Shown: in pieces, positions 12,309 to 22,814 of the stretch
Position numbering within the stretch: position 1 is the stretch's first letter
Layout of the letters: the number at the start of each line of letters is the position of its first letter
DNA from: Mobula hypostoma
Taxonomy: Eukaryota
Reading direction: 5' to 3'
DNA length: 64,000 nucleotides
Assembly (NCBI RefSeq): GCF_963921235.1
Contig: NC_086106.1
Coordinates: 25,482,001-25,546,000 of the forward strand
Notes under the pieces: model-generated
Seen by the model: only the letters and a program-made list of their open reading frames with translations
Databases searched by the model: none
What the model was told of the DNA's origin: nothing
Program-made: the position numbers and the translations under genes

Positions 12309-13189
12309 TGTTACGTACCCCGTAACTGGGTTGCCAAACCAGCAGAAATGGATCACTCAGTTGGAGTCTGGAGTACTAGAACTAAGAAAGTTTTATTAAA
12401 GAAACAAGCAACACAGTAATCGAAAGGATAATAAATGCAACAGTTCAGTGATGATAAACACACATGTGCACAGAATTAAGATAACAGCATCAATCAAGCT
12501 CTATCGTTGTCTAGGGGTAAATGACCAATTTCAAAATGACTCAAAGTTCAGTCCAGTTTAGTAGTTCAGTTCGCAGTAATCGTTGCCATGGCGGTGGACA
12601 ATGTGGGGGAAGAGAGAGATAGAATAGGAACAACTCATCATTCAGAACGGCTTCACTCACAGACCAGCAGGATGGCTCACAGACCAGCGAGATGGCTCAC
12701 AAACAGCTTTTTGGGCGGGTCCTTGGTGATGTCACCTGAGGTCACCGACTGTGACCCCTCCTCCAGATGCGGTCGATCCTCTGCAGTGAACCCGGCACCC
12801 AGGCAAGGGCGGACACACACCGGGTTCCCGCTGATCGTACCTTTCCACCCTTGTCGTTGTCTGGGACTTCTCACCCACTCGTGAGAAGCGCACCGCTTCC
12901 AGGGTCTCGTTACCTCGGGTGGCGTGTGTGTCTGTCTTAGCGAACCTGTCCCTTTTTATCCCCCTGCTGGGGTATCGCCTGTCCATCACTTCAAACAGTT
13001 CAGGGTTCAAAGGGGGGAGCCGCTCCAGACAGCTCTTCCTCCCACATCCCTTCATTACACATCTCCAGACGCTGCTCCATTGTTCCTTATCTCTCCTTCC
13101 CCTGAGGGCAGGTGGCAGACCAACTGCTGATGCCACTGATGCTAGCCCAGGCCAGCAAACATCTTAATTTTATGTGTATTCTCGTAACA
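12309..13189 (-). repeat. 5' LTR of inner element
   Basis: Direct repeat of 8181-9061. Confidence 0.95.
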
Positions 13190-13760
13190 GTATGGATTAT
13201 AGAAATGTGAATGCTGTGACAAAAAATAAAAAGGCTGATGCATATCCAATCCCTAGAGTAGATGATTGCGTGGATAAAGTTGGACAGGCCAAATTCCTGA
13301 CAAAAAAATGATTTGTTGAAAAGTTCTTGGTGTGTTCCGTTGACGGATAGAGGTAGAGAGATTTCAGCATTTGTAACCCCATCTGGGTTATATGAATATA
13401 ATGTTCTTCCATTTGGGATGGAGAATGCACCAGGTAATTTTCAGAGGATGACAAATGGCGTGATTCAGACAAACAGATGCAGATGCCTATATTGATGATT
13501 TAGTACAGGGAATAATACGTGAAAGCATATGTTACGGCGGTGGAGAAATTATTTGAGAGACTTTCAAAAGCTAACTTAACTACTAACCCAGCTGAAAGTG
13601 AATTTGGTAATGCCACTGTGACAGTTAAGGAAAAAGGTTAGGGCATTTGGAATCCAATTTAATACCACAGTTTAATGTTAAAAGATTACAATATTTTGAT
13701 CACTCATATTAAGGGTAAAGATAATATGATCACAGATTGTCTATCTAGGTGTTTAATGGA
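13190..13760 (+). pseudogene. RT continuation of outer element, heavily deleted
   Basis: DYRNVNAVT..AYPIPRVDDCVDKVG..SAFVTPSGLYEYNVLPFGMENAPGNFQR, and terminal HIKGKDNMITDCLSR. Confidence 0.85.
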
Positions 13761-13951
13761 CGATAATAATTTGTTTTTTTTGGAGTGATGTTTTAACATT
13801 TGTAACACTCCTACTGTGCATTAGTTTGTAAAAGGCTGAAAGATAAGATTGTATGTCTTGTGTACTTTGTAAATTTTATACCTTTTATTATTTTTGTAAA
13901 AATTGTTAACATTATTTTCTTCAAGAGACCAATTATTTTTTTCGAGGGAGG

Positions 13952-14837
13952 TGTTACATGCTTGAGGCGATCTGTTTTTTTTTGTGAGAATGATGTAATT
14001 GTCTTTTGGAGGTCACCTAATGTGATTTTCCCGCCGATATGAGGACACGTGATGACATGTGCCCTGTGACTATATAAGGGTCAACCCAGGTGAAACAGGG
14101 GTCTTTTTTTTTAGTTGTAGACTTCCAGGTAGAACGTGCTGTATCTCCGTTTCTGTTGCATGCTTGTTTTTGGTGACGCAGTTTCGTTTTTAAAACGGAG
14201 TGTGCGTTCTGTTGCAAAATAGCAAACTGGAATATTTTGCTAGATGTGTTGATTTAATCAATTCCAACATTAGAAGGGAGAGTGAAGAATTTATCGAAGT
14301 TACAGGATCGATGGATCGAGAGTAGTCGGTATCATTTGGCAGTTTACTAAAGGATCGACCTTATCGAGTCTTCGTTGGAGGATCAGCTACCTGCATCGAG
14401 ATAACTCTTGCCAAACAGAGCAAGGAGTTCATGCAAAAAGGTGCTCTCTCTCTCTAAAGGAATTTAAAGTCAGTTAATTTAAACTGTTTATTTTTTGCAT
14501 CGTGAATCCTGTGGACAGAACCAGCAGTAAACTTGCGTCTGTGAAGAAATCCTTCTCCAGAGAAGTCTCTCCCAATTGAACGTGTAAATCTGTTGGACTT
14601 TCGAAGTTATCGTTTTACGAACTATATTTGACTTTAACGCTTTATGATCTTTTTTCGCATTTAACGCTTTAAGAACCAGAGCCGAGTGGCGAGTTGGTGA
14701 ACTTCTGCATATCTGTTAACTTCCGGTTAAAGTTTTCGTTTATTTTTTCCTTATCGTTTATCCGTGTTTAATAAATGTTTGGCTATTTTTTATATAACCT
14801 GTTTCGATCGATGTTCATTGTTACCGTTTACGTAACA
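13952..14837 (+). repeat. 3' LTR of outer Gypsy element
   Basis: TGTTACATG...CGTAACA followed by TSD GTAA. Confidence 0.9.
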
Positions 14838-14920
14838 GTAAAAACTCCCAGAGTCTGTGAGCGGAGCCGAATCGCACCGACCACGTAGGACAAGCGCTAT
14901 CCGATTAGGCCGAGACACGC

Positions 14921-14966
14921 CAGGGAGCGCAGACGTTAGGGTCATCGACCAACACAGGGGAAATAT
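14921..14966 (-). pseudogene. Orphan leader exon of the V at 3268-3543
   Basis: 46 nt reading (ATA)IFPLCWSMTLTSALP-G with a mutated donor GCGTGT. Same length and phase as the intact leaders. Confidence 0.65.
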
Positions 14967-15401
14967 GCTGTCTGCATTACAATCAATAATAGGCTTTTTT
15001 TTGAAATTGTTACTGGAGAAGGTAACAGGTTCAGTTCAGGGGCAGAAGAGACTCAGGTGGACCTAGAAAGATTGTCTCTCGCAACTCATTCCTCACCTAC
15101 ACAAGGTGTAGGATTATGGAATCAATCAGTACAATTATGTGTTCACAGAATCTCTCGGTTTCCCACTCATGATCCCTCTCGGCGATCCTCTTCTTGTAGT
15201 CTGAATCCTTCCCACACTGGCCCTCCTTGCTTTTTTTCTGTCCCGTTGTTAACTTCTCACCTGTTTATCACTCTTTTCTCCTTTCTTTTTCCCCTTCTCT
15301 TTTCCTTTCACAGTTTTGTTATCCCTCTCTTTTATCCAATTTGCTTTTGCTTTCTTTATTCTGCTCCCTCTCTCTCTCACACACACACACGTGCACACAC
15401 G

Positions 15402-15452
<51 letters not shown>

Positions 15453-16717
15453 ACTCTCGCTCTCCCTCTCTATCGCTCGTTTGCTCTGTGCCACATGCGA
15501 GTACACATCTTGTATAATAAAGATTATACGATGTTGAAATTCTGAAAGAGGTTGTTTACTTGTGAGGGGCCTGGAGACAATGCAGCGATTAATATCACGT
15601 AGACAAATTGTGGGATATGTGCAGACAGCCGAACGTTGGATGCTGATGTTAGAGAATGAAGATGATACCTGGAGTGGCGAAATGGCCTGTTCTTTCTCCT
15701 CTTGCTAATGATCGTTACACTGTAACTCATCCTGGTAATTTTGGTTAACTGTTCAGAAATTTGATCGGCTCAGCTCATTTTCTCAGTAAACAGAGCAGAA
15801 AGCATGGTGAGAATAGTCAAGGACAAAAACGAGGTCTTCGTTCTTGTGTGGTTCCGGATTTAAAAGGAAAATGGACTCCTTCTCTACGAAGCACTTTCAC
15901 GGAAGCTTCATTCGGAGTGCAGTGGCTCTCTTTGGAACAGATGGTTCAGCAGGTTCGGTGTTTATAGTGCTGAAGATGCTGTCTGCCAAAAAAAAACATA
16001 TCGATTGAACGGTTTTCATCTGTGTTGCAGAGAGAAGAATAAGCATTATTGGACATATAAAGTTTGGATGTGGCTTACACAGTGGACCGAGGACACTTCT
16101 CCTGGCAAAAGCAGCCAGGGTATTGTGACTTCGATAGGATTGACAGACCTTGTCTTCAGAATGTGGTTTGAATATGGTGGAATCATACAGGAAAGCGATG
16201 CAACCTGCAACCAGATAGGGGCTGGCTATCGAGACGCTGGGCGGAAGGGGGTCGAAATAGGTTATCAAGAAGAGATCGGAGTAGTAGTGGAAAGAAAATA
16301 ATTCTCGGGGGGGTGGAGGAGGTTGGACAAGTGGGATTTTCTGAGGGGATTTACGTTGATCAGAAGGAGAGACAGGAAAAGGGATAGCCGGAACAATCGA
16401 ACATGGAGAAATAAAATTTAATAATGTAGTTTTGCAGGTACCCCATGGGAAAATACAGTGCAGTTCTTTCAGTTTTCAATTTACCTCATCCTGCTGTTGT
16501 TGGAAGCCGGCAAGTTCCGACTCTCCATTTATATCAAAACGTTATCCTCATCTGTGCATCTTTGGGTCTTCCTCCCCTTCGAGTTTGAAACTGTAAGCAA
16601 ATAAAGAAAAACAATAAGCAACGTCTTTTTTTGTGCATAGGAGTTGTGTGTTCCGTCTCTTGTACCCAAACAGTGTTGTCTTCAAAGGGCTCTGTCTTGG
16701 GAAGGTGTGAAGGATCT

Positions 16718-16756
16718 ATTTTTTGTCCATATCCGCCTCCAACCACAAAATCTGTG
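16718..16756 (-). other. 23-RSS of the relic V at 16757
   Basis: CACAGAT + 23 nt + ACAAAAAAT. Confidence 0.7.
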
Positions 16757-17037
16757 GTCTGATTTGCGCAAAGATACAGCGCAGAAACCCACCCAAGAAC
16801 TACGGAGGTAGTTTCCTGCTCTGGAAATCAGACATCCTAACAGGGTTATCTTCAGACCGAGCCACGTATGCGAGGATGAACGTTGTAAATATTTTCTCTG
16901 AAGTTTCCACGAATGTTGATTGTTGCACAGATAAGCAATGACAATTCCCGAGTAATTTTAGCTCAGCGACGTGCTCTGTACTTCCTAATTCAATAATTCC
17001 TTCCGAACCTGGCTCAACTAATACGGCCCATTCATAC
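16757..17037 (-). pseudogene. TCR V pseudogene (family C-like), leader displaced by CR1
   Basis: GMNGPY*LSQVRKELLN*EVQSTSLS*NYSGIVIAYLCNNQH...SALYLCANQ. Cys23 is a stop and the Trp is lost. Acceptor AG at 17038-17039. Confidence 0.7.
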
Positions 17038-17104
17038 CTCTAACAAACCCAAAGTTTCTGAGGGGCGTCGGATCCTTATGGGTTGAGTTAAGAAACTGCG
17101 AGGA

Positions 17105-18725
17105 TTACGGACACCTGCTGGCAGCTATATACAAGCCTCCCGACAGTAGGTAGAATGTGGAGCACAGATTCCAAGAGGAAATAGAAAAGGAGTCTCAAAG
17201 GGTAATGTTATGATTTTCATAGGAAATGTCAACATGCAAGTTGATTGGGAAAGTCAGGTTAGATATGAATCTCAAGAGAGTGAGTTTGTTGAATTGCAAT
17301 GAAACGGCATCTCAGATCAGATTGTCCATCACCCAACAAGGGGATCAGTTGTACAGGATTGGTTGCTGTGCATTGAACTGGAGATAATTAGTGACCTTAG
17401 GATAAAAGAACAATTTGAAGGCAGTGATCCCAATATGACTGAGTTCAACTTGAAATTTGCCACTGAGAAAGTAAAGTCTGACGAAGCAGAATTTCAGCAC
17501 AGTAAAGGAAATTTCAGTGGTATGAGAGGGGAGTTGGCAAACGAATTCTGAATGCAGGACTTGGAAGGACAGGCTGCAAGGGAGGACAACAGAGCAGAAA
17601 GGGCGAGAATACCTGGGGAAAATGAGAAAGGTGCCCGACAGCTGTATCCAAAAATGAGGAAACACGGAAATGGAAAAGTAGTGCAACCGTGGCTGACAAG
17701 GGAGTTAAAGCTAATGTAAAAGCAAAAGAGCGGGTATACAACTAAGCAAAATTAGTTTCAAGACAGAGGATTAGGAAGCTTTCAAATCCCTGGAGAGAAA
17801 CTAAAAGAATCATTAGGAGGAAAAAGATCATATATGAGCGTACGCTAGTAAACAATATCAAAGTGGATTAAAAAAAAGTTGTTTTCAAGAATGTAAAAAA
17901 AATAAAAGTAAGATGAGAGCGCATATAGAAAACAAGAAAATGTAGCCGAAGAAGTAATGCTGGGAGACAAGCTGATGACAGATGAACGATATGAGTATTT
18001 CGCATCAGGCTTCACTGTGGAAGATCCGAGCAGCGGGTCAGTCGTTGAAGGGTGATAGGGATGACATGTCAGTGCAAATACAGTTACAAGGGTGAAGGTC
18101 CTGAAAACACTAAACGCTAGAAAGGAATATAAGTCATCCAAACCAGATGAACTGCACCCTTGCGCCCAGAAAGTGGTAGCAGCAGAGATTGCGAAGGCAT
18201 TAGGAATATTTTTTCAAAATCATTGGCAATGATATAGATGATGGAATACATGGTTGTGTTCCCAAGTATGTAGATGATACAAAGATTGATGGAAGAATAA
18301 GTCATTCTGAGGAAACATGCAGGCTACAGAAGGACAGAAAGATGAGGGAATGGACAAGAGATTGGTGGACGAAGTACAATGCACCAAAACGCATGTCATG
18401 CATATTGGTATAAGAAATAAATGTGCAGACTATTTTATAAGCAGGTAAAAAATACAAAAATCTACGATGCAAAGAGAATTGGAGGATCCAAGTACAGAAC
18501 ACCCTGAAGATTAGCTTGCACGTAGAGTCGGTGGTGAGGAAGAGAAATAAAATGTTAGAATTCACTTCAAGATGTTCAGAATACATGGGCAGAGACGTAA
18601 TGCAAAGGATTTATAAGACACGTGAGGCCTCACCCTAAGCATTCTGAACAGTTTTGGGTTCCTCTTCTCACAAAGATGTACCGGCATTGGAAAGGGTTCA
18701 GAGGACATTCACATGGATGACACAG
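17105..18725 (+). mobile_element. CR1 LINE ORF2 fragment, decayed
   Basis: YEYFASGFTVED, PDELHP..EIAKALGIFFQ and YVDDTKIDG motifs. Duplicated at 21130-22055 and 49535-51125. Confidence 0.8.
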
Positions 18726-18870
18726 TCAGTCCCGCAAGCAAAGCAGCTGTCCAACTAACTGAAAAATGTAGTCAGTAATTTCTCCCCTTTCCCCTGGAGT
18801 GTCGCCTTCTTAAGCCAATCACGTGACAGTGGTGGATCTGTGTTTGCGCCCCGGCTGTTTTCCGGCAAAG

Positions 18871-18885
18871 GGCTCCCTCTAGCGA
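18871..18885 (-). promoter_or_regulatory. CTCF-like motif 23 bp beyond the RSS nonamer
   Basis: TCGCTAGAGGGAGCC versus core CCASYAGRKGGCRS. Identical at 51273-51287. Confidence 0.55.
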
Positions 18886-18908
18886 GCGCTCACTGCATCA
18901 CGGAGGTC

Positions 18909-18947
18909 GGATTTTGTCGAGAGCCGTCATCGCCTTGCAACACTGTG
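18909..18947 (-). other. Canonical 23-RSS
   Basis: CACAGTG + TTGCAAGGCGATGACGGCTCTCG + ACAAAATCC. Confidence 0.95.
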
Positions 18948-19371
18948 GGCATCATGGCACAAAGATAAACGGCGGAATCCGACACAAGAGCACCAGAGAT
19001 GTTCAAATGGGCTGCCTTGCTGTCACGCTGCCAATCAGCGGTAAACCTCGCTGGATTCCGGTCCATCGTCCCACTGCTATATACCGTCAGCAAATATCTT
19101 GGAGATTTCACGTGATGCTGAACGTACCAAACAATATATTGAGGATCGCCAGTGTAATTACAGTTCAGTGTTACACTTTGTTCGTCCGCAATGGTTAATT
19201 CAAGAGGCCATTGCGTCACCGAATCTTTCCCATTTGTTCCTGCAATAAAAGGACAGAATGCATGAACAGATTGGGCTTTCTTCGTACATACCGAACAGAT
19301 ATAGGCCGTTATCGCGGAGACTCACCGGGCATCATAGTCAATATAATCAGCAGATAGCACAGAAAATTCAT
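18948..19371 (-). CDS. TRAV/TRDV: Intact TCR alpha/delta-type V gene, family A (leader 19326-19371, V exon 18948-19239)
   Basis: MNFLCYLLIILTMMP-G|TNGKDSVTQWPLELTIADEQSVTLNCNYTGDPQYIVWYVQH..DSAVYLCAMMP. GT-AG intron of 86 nt. Cys23, Trp41 and Cys104 present, no stops. Confidence 0.93.
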
Positions 19372-19504
19372 GGTGTCTGGCTTCAAACTCGATCGAAAGA
19401 GCGCTTACTTTCAACAAGTTAATATCCTTGACCGATCTTGAAGAGTAAAATCAGATCTGCGGCATATTTCAGTTTGCGTAAATCTGGGGGCGTTGCCCTT
19501 CCGA

Positions 19505-19560
19505 TTGATTGGCTGTGAGCACCGATCTGCGCCGGTCCGAGCACCAATCACAGATCGGTT
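19505..19560. promoter_or_regulatory. Putative V promoter with two opposed CCAAT boxes
   Basis: ATTGG (19508-19512) and CCAAT (19544-19548), plus the inverted pair ACCGATCTG/CAGATCGGT. Conserved at about 22617-22670 and 51910-51965. Confidence 0.45.
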
Positions 19561-20424
19561 TGTTTCAGTTCCTTTCTATGCTTTTAGAAATCCGACGCCC
19601 GGAGCTCTAAATAGCGTCGCGCAACCACTGTGCGAGAGTGGTTATACTTCATTTTCTCTCTTGCATTCTTCTTCCAGTCAGGCTCCCATCTCTATTTCTC
19701 TCTCCCCCCGATGTTTATCGCTCTACTCTCTGTTCTATCGATCATCATCTCTCGCTCTCTCAATTCATTTCTCTTACGTCTCCCCGGGTTATCCACTTTG
19801 TCATTCCATCATACCAAACCGCCCACTTTCTCCCCCCATTTTACTCGCCATATCAACCGCCCCCCGTTTTCCCTGGATATCACTTCCTTTGCCCTCTCGC
19901 AAACCGGAATTCACACTCAGACGCGTTTATCTTCAGAATTCTCCGCTCGGGGAAAACGGCGAAACGCCACTGAGGCAACAAGTCGAGAAACGTCTTCACT
20001 CGGGGGAACGGCGGATGTGCTTTCTGTGCTAGTCTCTTGTCTCTCTGCGCTTCAGTCTTCTCTCTCCAGGAAAGTTCTTGTCGGTTCAGTGTTGTGGACG
20101 GGCGAGCGTTGGATGAAAAAATTGCAGATGCTGAAAATCCAATACAACTCTAAAACTTTGGAGGAAGTCAGCAGGTCAGGCAGAATCTGGGGAACATGTA
20201 AATAGTCGACGTTTCGGGTCGAGACCTTTCTTCAGGACTGAGAAGTAAGGGGGGGTATGCATAAATTAAAATGTGAAGGAACATGAAAGAGTCTGACTGA
20301 AAGGCTACAGGTGAAACCAGGTAGCTGGGACAGGCCAAGGGCTGTAGAAGAAAGAAACTGATGTTCTTATTGAACTGCGGAGCAGGTTCGATGGGTCAAA
20401 TGGCATACTCCTAGTCTTATTTCT

Positions 20425-20631
20425 TAAGGCCTTGTGTTCTGCCCTTCCACGGTCATTAATTTCCTCACATCCTGAGTTAAGGAATTTACCCCACTCGTAT
20501 CTGTAACAAATCTCGGAGAGCGTGATTGGCGACGAATCTTAATGACGGTGTATAACACGCGCAAACTAATGAAGAAGAAATTACCCAGACAGAGCAGCCA
20601 TTAAAATCAGCAACAAACACGAGGGTGATAT
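20425..20631 (-). pseudogene. Truncated V (family E): leader + FR1
   Basis: Leader (ATA)SPSCLLLILMAALSG at 20586-20631, acceptor TTACAG, then TSGVNSLTQDVRKLMTVEGQN. Cut by repeats at about 20100-20420. Confidence 0.6.
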
Positions 20632-20869
20632 GGAGTCGGCATTAACATCAACAATAGGATCTTATCAAATTCTGAACCAGGTGAAGGTAATTGCGTCACG
20701 TCAGGAGCATCAGATGCTCGGGGGAGACACGTGCCCTTCCTCTCGAACCAGATTAGTATATTGTCTATGATGTACCTTCGACTCGGCAGGCGTGTTGGTT
20801 CTAGGTCATCTTCTCTTAGGGCTTCATTTTACCCCTCTTCCTTTACATAGTGTAGTAGATGGTTGTTGT

Positions 20870-21125
20870 GTTCTCTTCATGGCAGATGTTGGAGACCTGA
20901 GAGATCCAGAGTCTCCCAGGGAACTACATCTGCAAGGAATGCATCTGGCTGAAGCTCCTTGAAGACCATGTTAGGGATCTGGAGTGACCAGCTCAATGGC
21001 CTTCGGCTTGTACGGCAGAGAGAGAACATAATCGATCGGAGTCATAGGGAAGCAGCCACCGCGAAGGTGCCGGAGGCAAGTGGCCATTGGACTATCAAGA
21101 GAAATGGAAATGTGAATAGACAGTT
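20870..21125 (+). mobile_element. CR1 ORF1 fragment
   Basis: YICKECIWLKLLEDHVRDLE..-type motif. Longer copies at 24020-24500 and 52530-53090 include the esterase-like AIGDSAIMGTDSRFCG. Confidence 0.7.
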
Positions 21126-21129
21126 AGTA

Positions 21130-22055
21130 ATAGGACAGAGAATTAGAAAGTTTTCAAAACCCTAGGGAACAACTAAAACATCATTAGCAAACAATATCAA
21201 AATGGATACTAAAAGGTTTTTTTCAAAAATGTGAAAAAATAGAAGTGATGTCAGAGTGCATATGGAAGGCAAGAAACTGTCGCCGAAGAAATAATGCTGG
21301 GAGACAAGCTGGTGGCAGATGAACTATATGAGTATTTCGCATCAGGCTTCCCTGTGGAAGATCCGAGCAGCGGGTCAGACGTTTAAGGCTGCAGGGGAAG
21401 ATATCTAAGCGTAATTATAGTGACAAGGGTGAATGTCCTCAAAACGCTGGAGGACAGAAGGGTATATAAGTCGTCTGAACCAGCTGAACTGCACCCTTGC
21501 GCCCAGAAAGTGTTAGCGGTAGAGATTGCGGAGTCATCAGGAATGATTTTTCAAAATCATTGTCAATGATATAGATGATGGATTATATGACTGTCTTGCC
21601 AAGTCTGTAGATGGTACAATCACTGATGGAAGGATAAGTCGTTCTGAGGAAACATTTAGGCTACAGAAGGACGGAAAAATGAGGAGAATAAGCAAGCGAA
21701 TGGCAGACGAAGTGCAATGTACCGAAATGAATGTCAACCCATTGGTATAAGAAATAAATGTGCAGACTATTTTGTAAACGGGGAGAAGATCCAAAAATCT
21801 ACAATGCAAAGAAATTTGAAGGCTCCAAGTGCAGAACACCGTGACGGTTAACTTGCAGGTAGAGTCGATGGTGAGGAAGGCAAATAAAATGTTAGCATTT
21901 ATTTCAAGATGTCCAGAATACATGGGCAGAGATATAATGCAAAGGCTTCGTAGGACACGTGAGGCCTCTCCTTGAACATTCTGAACAGTTTTGGGTTCCT
22001 ATTTTAACTAAGATGTACTGGCATTGTAAAGGATTCAGAGGACATTCACAAGTAT
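21130..22055 (+). mobile_element. CR1 ORF2 fragment (duplicated with the V unit)
   Basis: Collinear with 17780-18725. Confidence 0.8.
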
Positions 22056-22242
22056 GACACCGTCACACCGCAAGCAAAGCAGCTGTCCAACTAACTGAAA
22101 AATGTAGTCGGTAATTTCTCCCCTTTCCCCTGGAGTTTAGCCTTCTTAAATTACTCACGTGACACTGGTGGATCTGTGTTTGCGCTGCGAATGCTTAAGG
22201 CAAAGGACCCCTGTAGCGAGCGCTCACTGCATCACGGAGGTT

Positions 22243-22281
22243 GGATTTTGTCTGGAGCCGTCATCGCCTTGCAACACTGTG
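22243..22281 (-). other. Canonical 23-RSS
   Basis: CACAGTG + 23 nt + ACAAAATCC. Confidence 0.95.
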
Positions 22282-22572
22282 GGCATCATGGCACAAAGAT
22301 AAATGGCGGAGTCCGACACAACAGCACCAGAGATGTTCAAATGTGCCGCCTTACTTCCACGCTGCCAACCAGCGATAAACCTCGCTGATTTCCGTTCCAT
22401 CGTGCCACAGCTATATACCGTCAGCAAATATCTTACAGATTCCACCCGGTGCTGAATGTACCAGAAATAGATGTAGGCTCGCCACTGTAATTACAGTTCA
22501 TTGTTACACTTTGTTCTTCCGCAATCATTATTTCCAGAGGCCATTGCGTCATCGAATCTTTCCTATTTGTTC
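22282..22572 (-). pseudogene. Family A V, leaderless and frameshifted
   Basis: TNRKDSMTQWPLEIMIAEEQSVTMNCNYSGEPTSI, then a 1-nt deletion, then WYIQHRVESVRYLL..DSAIYLCAMMP. The intron joins directly to the promoter (about 225 bp including the leader deleted). Confidence 0.9.
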
Positions 22573-22761
22573 CTGCAATAAAAGGACAGAATGCAGGGCA
22601 GTACCCTGCCAATGGATTGATTGGCTGTGAGCACCGATCTGTGCCGGTCCGAGCGCCAATCGCAGATCGTTTTGGTTCAGTTCCTCTATATGCTTTTATA
22701 ATTCCGAAGGCCGGAACTGTAAATAACGTCGCGCTGACCACTGTGCGAGAGTGGCTATACT

Positions 22762-22814
<53 letters not shown>

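Larger units (their letters stand above)
8181..13189 (-). mobile_element. Young non-autonomous Gmr1-like Gypsy element nested in the outer RT
   Basis: 881-bp LTRs at 8181-9061 and 12309-13189, nearly identical. TSD GTAT (8177-8180 and 13190-13193). PPT next to 9061. tRNA-Pro-like PBS at 12286-12304. Confidence 0.95.
3550..14837 (+). mobile_element. Gmr1-like Ty3/Gypsy LTR retrotransposon (outer, defective, carrying two nested insertions)
   Basis: TG..CA LTRs at 3550-4435 and 13952-14837. 4-bp TSD GTAA (3546-3549 and 14838-14841). PPT GAGGGAGG before the 3' LTR. Order gag - integrase - RT. Confidence 0.9.

Noticed and set aside
8181-13189. Long exact repeats as a CRISPR array or gene duplication
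   Set aside because: They are two LTRs with TSD, PBS and PPT. There is no repeat-spacer array, and the DNA is eukaryotic.
18890-18947. ORF-track tails such as PTVLQGDDGSRQNP as germline-joined V-J
   Set aside because: They are read-through of the RSS. No FGXG J motif follows any V.
22282-22572. A functional NAR-TCR supporting V
   Set aside because: It is frameshifted, has no CDR1 cysteine and has no upstream NAR-V-D-J in view.
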